Shown: one piece after another, positions 9,557 through 18,951 of the stretch
How the letters are laid out: the number at the start of each line of letters is the position of its first letter
How positions within the stretch are numbered: position 1 is the first letter of the stretch
Source: a cyanobacterium endosymbiont of Braarudosphaera bigelowii
GTDB lineage: Bacteria; Cyanobacteriota; Cyanobacteriia; Cyanobacteriales; Microcystaceae
Assembly: GCF_020885515.1 (NCBI RefSeq)
Contig: NZ_AP024987.1
Span: 1,440,001 to 1,472,000 of the forward strand
Direction: 5' to 3'
Length of the DNA stretch: 32,000 nt
Program-made: the position numbers and the translations under genes
Notes under the pieces: model-generated
What the model saw: only the letters and a program-made list of their open reading frames with translations
Told to the model about the DNA's origin: nothing
Database searches by the model: none

Positions 9557-10006
9557 CTATGTTTTATCTCTACTTTTTTTTACCGCATAGTTTTTAAATC
9601 TTTTCAAATCTTCTGATATAGTGGATTCAACTATACGGCCCAAAAATAACTTATCCATTAATTTCCCTAACCATCCTGGAATACTATAGGCGATACTCAA
9701 TTTAATGATGCTACTACCTTGTCTATCATAAAATCTAATCGCCCCTCTATTAGGCAATCCATTTACTGATTCCCATTGTATTATTTGATGAGGTACTACT
9801 TTTAGAATTTTTGATAGCCAGGTAAACTGGAAACTCCCACTAACTAATTTCCAACGAGATAGACTAGGATCGTCATCCAAAATTTCAACGGAGTCAATCC
9901 ATTTCATCCATTTAGGCATTTCTTGTAAGTCTGACCATAAATCCCATACTTGTTCGATAGGAATATCCACTTCAATTTGTACGCTATGCTCTAACCAACT
10001 AGACAT
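9557..10006 (-). CDS. SRPBCC (polyketide cyclase/dehydrase, START/Bet v1-like) family protein
   Basis: The 149-aa protein has the pattern V-I-PIEQVWDLWSDLQEMPKWMKWI ... W-L ... F-W ... I-W-S ... G-I-F typical of cyanobacterial cyclase/dehydrase-fold proteins. No finer function can be read from the sequence. Confidence 0.7.
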   Translation of the reverse strand: MSSWLEHSVQIEVDIPIEQVWDLWSDLQEMPKWMKWIDSVEILDDDPSLSRWKLVSGSFQFTWLSKILKVVPHQIIQWESVNGLPNRGAIRFYDRQGSSIIKLSIAYSIPGWLGKLMDKLFLGRIVESTISEDLKRFKNYAVKKSRDKT

Positions 10007-10306
10007 ATTTGAATTATCAATTACTGTATGTTATCTTATTCTAAATTTACATATGAAATATTCTCATATACTAACATTTTTAAAACTTAATCTTGAATAT
10101 TTATTGGAAAGGTAATTTTTTTACAATTTTTCTTGTGAATACTTAAAAAAGTAGTTAATGTTCATATTTTGGTAGATATAGAAACTAAGAGTAAAATTAA
10201 ATAAATCAATAGTTATTTTTATTAATTCTTGTGTTGGTAATTATGAATTTCGTATTATTGTTTCCTTTTTTGGACATTTTAATAAGATAATAAAACATCA
10301 ATAATA

Positions 10307-10338
10307 AGTATATAAAAAATTAATATTTTTTATATACT
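10307..10338 (-). terminator. AT-rich 14-bp hairpin, second of two downstream of the SGNH gene
   Basis: AGTATATAAAAAAT (10307-10320) pairs perfectly with ATTTTTTATATACT (10325-10338), with a 4-nt loop. On the minus strand it is followed by TATTATTG. Confidence 0.3.
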
Positions 10339-10370
10339 AGCTTCAATACATCAAACTTAATAGATATCGA

Positions 10371-10407
10371 ATATAGCAATTACTTATATTGGAAGTAATT
10401 GCTATAT
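10371..10407 (-). terminator. 15-bp hairpin overlapping the SGNH gene stop codon
   Basis: ATATAGCAATTACTT (10371-10385) pairs perfectly with AAGTAATTGCTATAT (10393-10407), with a 7-nt loop. No good U-tract follows, so its function is uncertain. Confidence 0.3.
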
Positions 10408-11597
10408 TATTTTTGTAATAAACAAATCTTGTTACTAATTATTTCCCCAGCAATTTGATGTCCAAAATTATTCCAATGACCACTTCCCATTTTTGTATTA
10501 TTGAAACCATGCAAAAAAACTTTGTTTTTATCGGCATAGGTTTGTAAAAGTGGAGCTAAAGTTAAAGCTTTAAAATTTTCCTTTCCTGATAATTTATAAA
10601 TACGTTGATCAGGATAGAATTGATTATATGTTGCTAAATTTTTAAAGTATTGTTCCCTCACTGAAAAGTTTGGATAAAGCTGAATAGGATTACTTAATAT
10701 CACTACTAAATAGTCAGTACTAAGGACATAACTTTCTTCCTGTATTAGTTTAATTAATTCATCTGTAAACTTCCATTCTCTTTGCCATTCTATAGAAGAT
10801 TCTTTATATAATTCTGGGATAAATTCAAGATTCTGAGACATATCTTCATCTCTTGATATTTCCCCAAGCATAAATTTAGGATATTGATTATTCACAAGTA
10901 CTCTAGCTTGATTAACTAACTGAAAAATATGAGATTTATTAATTAAAAAAAATAATTTTCTTCTAACAAGACTATTGCGCCATTGATAAGTCTTAGTATC
11001 CCTAAATGACATATCAAAAATATACTCATTATCCTTCAATTTTAAAAATGGACTAAATCTATTTTTAGGACTTAAGATTTTTGAATTATTAATAACATCA
11101 TTATCAGTAAAAACCGCTAATAGAACTAGATCAGGAGAAAACTGACTAGCATGATATTTTAGTGTTGTGTATTCTTGTGCAGTACCATAATCGCCAACAC
11201 CAAAATTTATTACCTCAATATTTTTCTTACTTAATTTTTGACATTTAGATAGTTTTTGTTCTACTAGTGACCAAAAAGTTTTATCTTTATCAAGCTGTAT
11301 AGCCTCAGCAAAAGAATCGCCAATAACAACAATTCTAAAAGTATTTTTCGTTTTCTTTTTTGTATAGTTCTTATCTCTTAGTCCGCTCTTGTTAATTGAT
11401 ACTGAAGCATTTCCTTCGTGCCTCCATCTTCCAAACATATCATATATGAGAGAATGTCCTCGATGAGAATCAACTTTATAAAAACTAGGATAAGAAATAT
11501 TCAATATCCTTAATCCAATTTCTCCAATGAATAGAGCGAAAGTTAAACTGCTAGATATTAATATAAAGTTATTTATAGTCTTGCTTAGTTTAAACAT
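10407..11597 (-). CDS. membrane-anchored SGNH/GDSL-type hydrolase or acyl-esterase family protein
   Basis: It has an N-terminal TM anchor (FILISSSLTFALFIGEIGL). Block I is FRIVVIGDSFAEA (GDS). The C-terminal GSGHWNNFGH could supply the catalytic His. The protein is 396 aa. Confidence 0.65.
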   Translation of the reverse strand: MFKLSKTINNFILISSSLTFALFIGEIGLRILNISYPSFYKVDSHRGHSLIYDMFGRWRHEGNASVSINKSGLRDKNYTKKKTKNTFRIVVIGDSFAEAIQLDKDKTFWSLVEQKLSKCQKLSKKNIEVINFGVGDYGTAQEYTTLKYHASQFSPDLVLLAVFTDNDVINNSKILSPKNRFSPFLKLKDNEYIFDMSFRDTKTYQWRNSLVRRKLFFLINKSHIFQLVNQARVLVNNQYPKFMLGEISRDEDMSQNLEFIPELYKESSIEWQREWKFTDELIKLIQEESYVLSTDYLVVILSNPIQLYPNFSVREQYFKNLATYNQFYPDQRIYKLSGKENFKALTLAPLLQTYADKNKVFLHGFNNTKMGSGHWNNFGHQIAGEIISNKICLLQK

Positions 11598-11625
11598 AAT
11601 TGATTATTTTTATTAAGAACCACTT

Positions 11626-12816
11626 TTACTTCAATAAGGATTCTTCTGTTTCGGAATCAAAAATATGAATTGTCTTTTTATTTATTGATAACCATAGTAT
11701 ATCTTCTTTCTTAATCAAATTATTTCCTATATAGTTAACGATAATCTTAATAGGATTTTTACTTAACGTTTCAGTAAACAAATGTACTTCGTTTCCCATA
11801 TTTTCTACTAGATTAACCTTTACTTGTAAATTACTTACATGAGGAACGCCTAAAGTAATATGTTCAGGTCTAAATCCTAATATAACGAATTTTTTACTAT
11901 ATCCTTTTAAATATGATCTCGATGCCAAAGGAATACATAAACTAAATTTATCGTAAAAAATCTTGGAAGAGTCTTTTATTGTTGCTGGTAAAAAATTCAT
12001 TGGCAGAGATCCAATAAAGCTTCCAACAAAACAGTTGACAGGATGATGATATAGCTCTAGTGGAGATGCGACCTGTTGAATTTTTCCTTGGTTCATAACA
12101 GCAATACGATCCCCCATAGTCATTGCTTCAACTTGATCATGAGTAACATATATAGTTGTGATTTTTAGTTGATTTTGTAGCTTAACTATCTGAGAACGAG
12201 TTTCTGTCCGTAAAATTGTATCTAAGTTAGACATCGGTTCATCCATTAAAAAAACTTTAGGATTTCTAGCAATTGCCCTTCCCAAAGCTACTCTTTGTCT
12301 TTGACCTCCTGACAGCTGTTTTGGTAGTCTAGTTAATAGACCATCTAACTGTAGTAGTTTACTAACTTGCTCTATTTGTCGATTAATATCTATTTCTAAG
12401 ACCGAACTATATCTAAATCTTCTAGGCAATAGCCTAATTACTTTATCTAAAATTTTATCTATTTTTTGATCAATTTTATTTATACGACGTAGTCCAAAAG
12501 CAATATTATCATAAACATTAAGATGAGGATATAAAGCATAATTTTGAAAAACCATAGCTATATCACGCTGTTTAGGAAGAAGAGAACTCACATTTTTTTC
12601 TCCTATTAAAACTTCTCCTGATGTGATACTTTCTAATCCTGCTATAAGTCTAAGCAAAGTACTCTTTCCACATCCTGAAGGACCAACTAAAACCATAAAT
12701 TCTCCATCATTAACATTTAAATTAATGTGTTGTAAGATCTTAACTTCAGAATCTTTTGACTTGTTTCTTTGACGGAAGAAACTTTTATTAATATTTTTTA
12801 GTATAACCTTAGCCAC
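11626..12816 (-). CDS. sugar-type (MalK/UgpC/MsmX-like) ABC transporter ATP-binding protein
   Basis: Motifs present: Walker A GPSGCGKST, Q-loop, signature LSGGQRQRVALGRA, Walker B VFLMDEPMSNLD and H-loop VTHDQ. It has a C-terminal MalK-like regulatory/TOBE region and uses a GTG start. An extra segment of about 25 aa sits between FGL and LSGG. Confidence 0.88.
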   Translation of the reverse strand: MAKVILKNINKSFFRQRNKSKDSEVKILQHINLNVNDGEFMVLVGPSGCGKSTLLRLIAGLESITSGEVLIGEKNVSSLLPKQRDIAMVFQNYALYPHLNVYDNIAFGLRRINKIDQKIDKILDKVIRLLPRRFRYSSVLEIDINRQIEQVSKLLQLDGLLTRLPKQLSGGQRQRVALGRAIARNPKVFLMDEPMSNLDTILRTETRSQIVKLQNQLKITTIYVTHDQVEAMTMGDRIAVMNQGKIQQVASPLELYHHPVNCFVGSFIGSLPMNFLPATIKDSSKIFYDKFSLCIPLASRSYLKGYSKKFVILGFRPEHITLGVPHVSNLQVKVNLVENMGNEVHLFTETLSKNPIKIIVNYIGNNLIKKEDILWLSINKKTIHIFDSETEESLLK

Positions 12817-13543
12817 TGTAATAAGTTAGAAATAATAATTTGATACTATGTATATAAGGCAATCAAAACGAAATGTATAAATCATGTGTAAAGACATCTT
12901 ATGGACTTAATTAACAAACGCAATAGTTTAGGTATAAAACATAAAATCTAATAATATACAATATGATTAAAGATCACTTTAGTAGTAATAATTTAAATAT
13001 TAATAAATAGCAACAAAATACTTTTTTAGTTAAAAAATATTGAATAAAAAAAGTGCATTAAGTCTTTAACAGTATATATTGACTTATTATATAAAATTCT
13101 ATATTTAGTAGAATTCTTAAAATTGTTTAGAATTAAACAATTACTTTCTGTAATTTAACTTCGAAAAAGTTTATTTTTTTTCATTATAAGCTTATAATAC
13201 GAGTTAATATACTATTCTTGATCATTAAAAGTTAGAAACTTTTTTATCTATCTCTATGAAGACTTAGTCTAAATTTAATTTAAAAATTTATTTTCAACTA
13301 ATAGCTAAAAAACAGTTAACTTAACAAGTTGGTTTTTATATTTAATAAACTATTTAACATCTTGTTTACTAGATAGTTTAAACATCATATTAAATATAAA
13401 GCACAGTACGTTTTATATACCAATTTAATTGGTATCTTACACTAAATAAATTATAAAACTTTACTTAGTGAGATAATTTTCTATCTTATTTTCTTAAGTA
13501 ATAAAATTGACAGCACAGATAATAAGTAAAATTTGCAATAATT

Positions 13544-14419
13544 ATGGATCTATTACGATCATTACCTATTGGACTTTATCTTGAAAAGCCTCTTACATGG
13601 TTACATTTACTTGATTCTAGAGTTAAATTAGTTTGGCTAATGTCTTTATTGCTTGCAAATAGATCATCTAGTTCGGAATGGTTACTAGTTCTTGTAATTT
13701 TTCTTGTGGTTTTAACTATAGTTGTCAACATTCCTTTAAGAGTTTGGAAGCAACAAATGGGATGGCTTTTAATTATTAGTTTTTTAGTATTTTTAATTAT
13801 AGCCTTATCACCTGATGGTTTAGCAGTGTCTTCTCAACCCAGACTTCCAGTAAATAACATATCAACACCACAATTAAATTCTTATAGCTACATTTTATTC
13901 AATAAAGGAATATTTCTTATTACTCACAGATCTTTAGAACTAGGAATAAGAATAGGTACCCATATTTTTATAGCAGTTTATAGTGCTAATTTATATTTAT
14001 CAACTACTACTCCTGAAGCAATAACTGAAGGATTAGAGTATTTATTCTCGCCTTTAAGATTTCTTAAAGTTCCGGTAACTGAAATTTTATTAATCTTTAC
14101 GTTGTCTTTACGTTTTATTTCTCTAGTTTTAGAAGAAATACAAAACCTTACTCGCTCTATCAGAACTAGAGCTATTAACTGGAAAAAGTTAGGAATTAAA
14201 AAAAGTTTTCAAGTATGGATAGTAGTAATAGAAAAAATACTAGAGAATTTATTAACAAGAGCGAGTGAAATTGCTACTACAATGGAGATAAGAGGATTTA
14301 TTAGCCCTAATAAGCATAGAGTAAAATGGCATAAACTCTGTTTAGTTAAGGGAGATTGGATAGCAATATTTTTATTATTCCCTTTCTGGTATTTACGCTA
14401 TGCCTGGGGGGGAACATAG
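13544..14419 (+). CDS. cbiQ: energy-coupling-factor/cobalt-type transporter transmembrane (T) component, CbiQ/EcfT family
   Basis: The 291-aa polytopic protein has the family core LSTTTPEAITEGLEYLFSPLRFLKVPVTEILLIFTLSLRFISLVLEEIQNLTRSIRTRA. Confidence 0.8.
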   Translation: MDLLRSLPIGLYLEKPLTWLHLLDSRVKLVWLMSLLLANRSSSSEWLLVLVIFLVVLTIVVNIPLRVWKQQMGWLLIISFLVFLIIALSPDGLAVSSQPRLPVNNISTPQLNSYSYILFNKGIFLITHRSLELGIRIGTHIFIAVYSANLYLSTTTPEAITEGLEYLFSPLRFLKVPVTEILLIFTLSLRFISLVLEEIQNLTRSIRTRAINWKKLGIKKSFQVWIVVIEKILENLLTRASEIATTMEIRGFISPNKHRVKWHKLCLVKGDWIAIFLLFPFWYLRYAWGGT

Positions 14420-14435
14420 AATGAATATTACTCAG

Positions 14436-15341
14436 TCAAGACAGCAACATATCTATAAGGATAAATGAACCAAACCCTAGACGGTACCATACAAATATCC
14501 AAGTACTCTGTTTTTGTAAGTAATTTATGAGCCAGGCAATAGATAAATAAGAAAAAATAATAGAGGAAATTATTGCTGTAAGAAGAGGTAATATAGTTTC
14601 TTGAGAGAATCCAGTGTTAAAAATCTCAGTTAACTCGTATAAACCTACTGTAGTTATTGCAGGAATACCTAATAAAAAAGAAAATCTTGCTGCAGTTTCT
14701 CGTTTCAAATTTAGAAAGAGTCCTAGCGTAATAGTTGAACCTGATCGAGAAACTCCAGGAACTATAGCCAAAGATTGGATCGCACCCATAAAAAACGCAT
14801 CTTGCCATCTTAATTTATCAAAGTTACGCTCATATTTTCCAGTTTTTTCTGCTAGTGCTAATAATAAAGACATAATAATAGAAGAGGCTGCAACCATTCC
14901 ACTACTACGTAAAATAGAATTATCTATATCAGTCATAAAAGTTTTTGCTAGATATCCAATTATGAGAAAAGGTAACGTTCCCATAAAGATACCAAAGCCC
15001 ATACGAAGATCATGAGATTTCAAGTCATGCTTTTGAATTGCTGTAAACGTACCTGTAACTATCTTTCTTAGATCCGACCAAAAGTACCATAAAACCGAAA
15101 TAATACTTCCCAATTGAATTACTGCAGAAAAATTTACTCCTGGATCACCCCATCCTAAATAAGAAGGAATTATTTGTAAATGGGCTGTACTACTAATAGG
15201 TAAAAATTCTGTTAATCCTTGTATCATACCTAGAATGATAATTTGTAAATAGTTAAAACTTTCAATTGTCGAAGATGGATTTTCTAATGTTATATTTTGA
15301 TTAATTGATAACTGAGAAAATATTAAAGCGAGAAAAAACAT
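14436..15341 (-). CDS. uppP: undecaprenyl-diphosphate phosphatase
   Basis: It carries the BacA/UppP motifs GLTEFLPISSTAHL and PGVSRSGSTITLGL. It is a 301-aa polytopic protein. It converges on cbiQ with only a 16-nt gap. Confidence 0.93.
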   Translation of the reverse strand: MFFLALIFSQLSINQNITLENPSSTIESFNYLQIIILGMIQGLTEFLPISSTAHLQIIPSYLGWGDPGVNFSAVIQLGSIISVLWYFWSDLRKIVTGTFTAIQKHDLKSHDLRMGFGIFMGTLPFLIIGYLAKTFMTDIDNSILRSSGMVAASSIIMSLLLALAEKTGKYERNFDKLRWQDAFFMGAIQSLAIVPGVSRSGSTITLGLFLNLKRETAARFSFLLGIPAITTVGLYELTEIFNTGFSQETILPLLTAIISSIIFSYLSIAWLINYLQKQSTWIFVWYRLGFGSFILIDMLLS

Positions 15342-16115
15342 AATTTCTTGAACCAGAAATAAAAGATTTAAGCTACTTAAAGTTAGCTATAGGCTAGCAT
15401 TTTTAGTATATACTTCCAAGTGTTTTATCTTTTTGATATTCTGAATATCCTAATCCATAACGCAATAAAATCTAAATATCTATAGTCAAAGCTTAAAATT
15501 AGCTAGTCCTCAGTATGTTTTTTAGCTATGAATAACATTTTGCCTCAGTAGATACTTATGATATGAATGTAATGTACATAAATATAATACATACATGAAT
15601 TGAGATTAATAGTTTAAGATTTCATAGTTAAAAACTAAAATTTAAATTGTGTTTCTTAAATGGAATACCAGGATTAGTATTGATATAAAACTCATAAATT
15701 TATTTTAAACTCTACTAAAAAAACTATACAAATTTCTAGTATAGATCAGAAAAGCAATTATCCTATTGGGTCAATGGTTTTAAACTTTTTATCAACTTTT
15801 ATATAATAGTTTTTCTATTTAAAAATAAGAACTACATAAATATTCGATACATAATATCCTAAAGTGTATAAAATCTAGGTTCGTAAAAATTCTTTATTAA
15901 TGCGTTATCTTGACTAATGCAGTGCATAAAATTTGTAAATTTTGTAAGAGTAAAGATTTATGATCAAAACTATTACTATGATTATTTTTAGAATCTATTT
16001 AAGTAAAAAATAATAGTATTAACTTATAGAAGATGGAAATTAATAGTTAAGTTTTTTTCCATTTTTAATTCCTTTAGAATATATTAGGGCTAGTTTTAAC
16101 TTTGAGGAAAATTTT

Positions 16116-17567
16116 GTGACTGTAAGAGTTCGTATCGCCCCTAGTCCTACTGGAACTTTACATATTGGTACTGCCAGGACAGCTATTTTTAATTGGTTAT
16201 TTGCTAATCGTCACAAAGGTAAATTTATTTTACGTATTGAGGATACAGACGAGCAACGTTCTAAGCCTGAGTTTGTTGAAGATATAAAGTCAGGATTAAC
16301 TTGGTTAGGTTTAAATTGGGATGAAGGACCTTTTTTTCAGACTCAACGTTTGAATTATTACCATAAAACTATTCAAAAATTACTTGATCAAGGTCTTGCA
16401 TACAGATGCTATTGTACTTTAGAGGAGTTGGAAAATATGAAAGAACTACAAAAATCCAACAATCAAGCACCTAGATATGACAATCGCCATCGTTATCTAA
16501 CAAAAACACAACAAGAATCTTTTAAGGCAGAAGGAAGAAAATCCGTTATTAGATTGATAATAGATGACGAACAAGAAATTCGTTGGAATGATTTAATTAG
16601 AGGACATATGACATGGAAAGGTAGTGATCTTGGCGGAGATATGGTAATTGCTCGTGCTAGAGAAAATTCAGAAGTGCCATTTGGACAACCTCTTTACAAC
16701 CTTGCTGTGGTAATAGACGATGTAGATATGAACATCAGTCATGTAATTCGCGGAGAAGACCATATAGCAAATACTGCCAAGCAAATTTTACTATATGAGG
16801 CATTAGATGAAACAATCCCATACTTCGCACATACACCTCTAATATTAAACCAGGAAGGTCGTAAACTCTCAAAAAGGGATGGAGTTACTTCTATTAATGA
16901 CTTTCGCGAAATGGGTTTTTTACCCGAGGCTCTTGTTAACTATATGAGTCTTTTAGGATGGACTCTATCTGATAGCACTCAAGAGATTTTTACACTACAT
17001 GAAATCACAGAAAATTTCGATTTAGAACGTGTTAATAAAGCAGGTGCTAAATTTGATTGGAGTAAATTAGACTGGATTAACAGCCAATACCTTCATAAGA
17101 TATCAGCACAGGAACTAGTAGATTTATTAATTCCATATTGGGAAAAAAATAATTATCTGATTGACATCGATTTTGATCGTCAATGGCTAGAACGTATAGC
17201 TATTTTAATTCAACCTAGTTTAGTTCGTTTAAATGATGTTATAAAAGAGAGTTCTTTTTTCTTTGGAGAAAATATAAATTACGATGACGAAGCAATGCTA
17301 CATATGAAACAAGAAAGTGTTAAAGATATTCTTGAATTAGCCTTAACAAAAATTGAAGAAAACTCTATCTTAAATGAAGATGATATTAAAAAAATAATTA
17401 AGGAAATTGTTAAAACATTTAAAGTAAAAAAAGGACTAGTGATGCGCTCTCTCCGGGCAGGTTTTTCCGGAAAGTTACACGGTCCAGACTTAATTGAGTC
17501 TTGGAGAATATTGAATACAAAAGGATGGGATAAAAGCCGTTTAAAGGATTTATTAAATATTCTCTAA
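16116..17567 (+). CDS. gltX: glutamate--tRNA ligase
   Basis: [18 protein letters not shown] is the HIGH motif and KLSKRDG is the KMSKS motif. It uses a GTG start, with GAGGA 8 nt upstream. The protein is 483 aa. Confidence 0.95.
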   Translation: MTVRVRIAPSPTGTLHIGTARTAIFNWLFANRHKGKFILRIEDTDEQRSKPEFVEDIKSGLTWLGLNWDEGPFFQTQRLNYYHKTIQKLLDQGLAYRCYCTLEELENMKELQKSNNQAPRYDNRHRYLTKTQQESFKAEGRKSVIRLIIDDEQEIRWNDLIRGHMTWKGSDLGGDMVIARARENSEVPFGQPLYNLAVVIDDVDMNISHVIRGEDHIANTAKQILLYEALDETIPYFAHTPLILNQEGRKLSKRDGVTSINDFREMGFLPEALVNYMSLLGWTLSDSTQEIFTLHEITENFDLERVNKAGAKFDWSKLDWINSQYLHKISAQELVDLLIPYWEKNNYLIDIDFDRQWLERIAILIQPSLVRLNDVIKESSFFFGENINYDDEAMLHMKQESVKDILELALTKIEENSILNEDDIKKIIKEIVKTFKVKKGLVMRSLRAGFSGKLHGPDLIESWRILNTKGWDKSRLKDLLNIL

Positions 17568-17575
17568 ATTTGAGG

Positions 17576-17614
17576 GATAGGAAGGTAATATAAAAAATTT
17601 CTTTCTATCTTTCT
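17576..17614 (+). terminator. candidate intrinsic terminator of gltX
   Basis: GATAGGAAG (17576-17584) pairs with CTTTCTATC (17601-17609), giving 9 bp including one G:U. The loop is 16 nt and TTTCT follows. It starts 9 nt after the stop codon. Confidence 0.4.
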
Positions 17615-17894
17615 AATTCACAAGATAGTTAAGTGTATACTAATAAAATATCAGTACATTTTCAAATTACTAAATTATATATTTGACTAAAAAATTTAAA
17701 TCAGATTTCTTAATTTTGAATAACTTATATAAAAAATAATAGAGAATTTGTAAAATTATATTTTGAAATATTGGTATTTTAATTCAAGATAGCTTAGAGT
17801 TTCTCTCATTTTGCTAAAAAATTTTCTATAATTATTACTTAGAATTCTCTCGAATTAATTAATTGAGGCTGCTTTTTTAGCATATGATTTTTCC

Positions 17895-18541
17895 CTAATC
17901 TAATTTTAAAATATATTTAGAGAAGCCTTTTATAATTTTTAAATTATGGTTGAACATAATAATAGAGGTTTGTGTATATTGTGTAATATTAATAAGTAAA
18001 TCTGTTATCTGATTAGCTTTGAGATCATCTAGTGCAGAGGTGGGCTCATCTAAAAGTAATAACTTAGGCTTCATAATTAAACCTCTGGCAACTCCAATTA
18101 TTTTCTCTGTCCTAAAGAGAGCTCTAATTCATTACGTTCTAGCCATTTATCTGGAATGAATAATCTAGATTTCCATTCTTCAAGTCTTTGAGTTATTTCA
18201 GTTTTTGAAATATTCTGTATTTTTAGAGCATAGCACAAAGCTTCGTGAACATTCATTCCTAACAGTTTGGTTTCTTGAGGTACTAAAACTATTTGCTGGC
18301 GTAAATAAGTAATAGGGATTTTTTTTAACGGTCGAGAACAAAAAAAAATTGTTCCAGTAGTTGGTTCTTGTAAACGATTTATTAAACGTAATAGAGTCGT
18401 TTTTCCAGATCCAGATGGGCCTATTAATGCTAAACGTTCTCCAGTAACAAGATTAAAGGAAACTTTCTCTAAAAGCTTATTTTTTAAAGAAGGATTATTT
18501 AATCCAATGTTAGATAATTGCAACAAAATTTTTCTAGACAT
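17895..18541 (-). pseudogene. frameshifted small ABC transporter ATP-binding gene (YbbL/FetA-like size and layout)
   Basis: The 18541..18098 ORF gives Walker A GPSGSGKTT and a Q-loop, then a degenerate signature LSLGQRK followed by a stop. Shifting frame at the A-run near 18101-18104 continues as KIIGVARGLIMKPKLLLLDEPTSALDD...IIMFNHNL...KLD* down to 17895, which contains Walker B and an H-loop remnant. Confidence 0.65.
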
Positions 18542-18951
18542 CTACAATTGCATTTTGAAAATGTTTAAAAAAAAAAGATATGTTATCTTTTCCACAATAT
18601 TTATGATGTACTATCTAGCCATCTTAATATCAATTGTAGTACCAGATTTTTTCTGTACTACAATTAATATTAAGACTTTTATTTTATTAATCATACATAC
18701 TTCTACAAGTAGCTGTAAATTAAACCAAGACGAAATATATTTGTCAAAATTTTAACTTATCAGCTTTTCTTAAAATAGAAATCACTTTTTTTCTAAACTA
18801 TGTTATGAAATTTTGATAAAAAACAACACTGACAAAAAGCGCAAACCCATATACAGAAAGTATGTAAGTTTTTGTTCAATAATATTTGTTTTCAATCTTG
18901 TAATATAACTTTATATAATATAAGTGAACAAACGTCACATATATCAAAGCC

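Noticed and set aside
14614-15015. Plus-strand 133-aa ORF, and a second minus-strand ORF (14626-14808) in a different frame, both inside uppP
   Set aside because: Both overlap the strongly supported uppP frame (EFLPISSTAHL and PGVSRSGST motifs). They have no motifs of their own and have composition typical of off-frame translation of AT-rich DNA.
15932-15948. Direct repeat TTTGTAAA-T-TTTGTAAG (reverse complement CTTACAAA-A-TTTACAAA), which resembles the RpaB HLR1 element, about 170 nt upstream of gltX
   Set aside because: The repeat period is 9 nt, not the 10 nt (8+2) of canonical HLR1. The first repeat starts with C rather than G/T. TTACAAA-like words are frequent in this AT-rich DNA.
18098-18541. 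Reading the 147-aa ORF as an intact small protein
   Set aside because: It stops in the middle of the ABC signature motif, and the Walker B/D-loop continues immediately in another frame. A half ATPase lacking Walker B would be non-functional.
18507-18755. 82-aa plus-strand ORF upstream of ndhD
   Set aside because: It starts inside the antisense of the ABC pseudogene. It is an I/F/L/K/N-rich product with no signal of conservation that I can recognise, so it is probably a chance ORF in AT-rich spacer.
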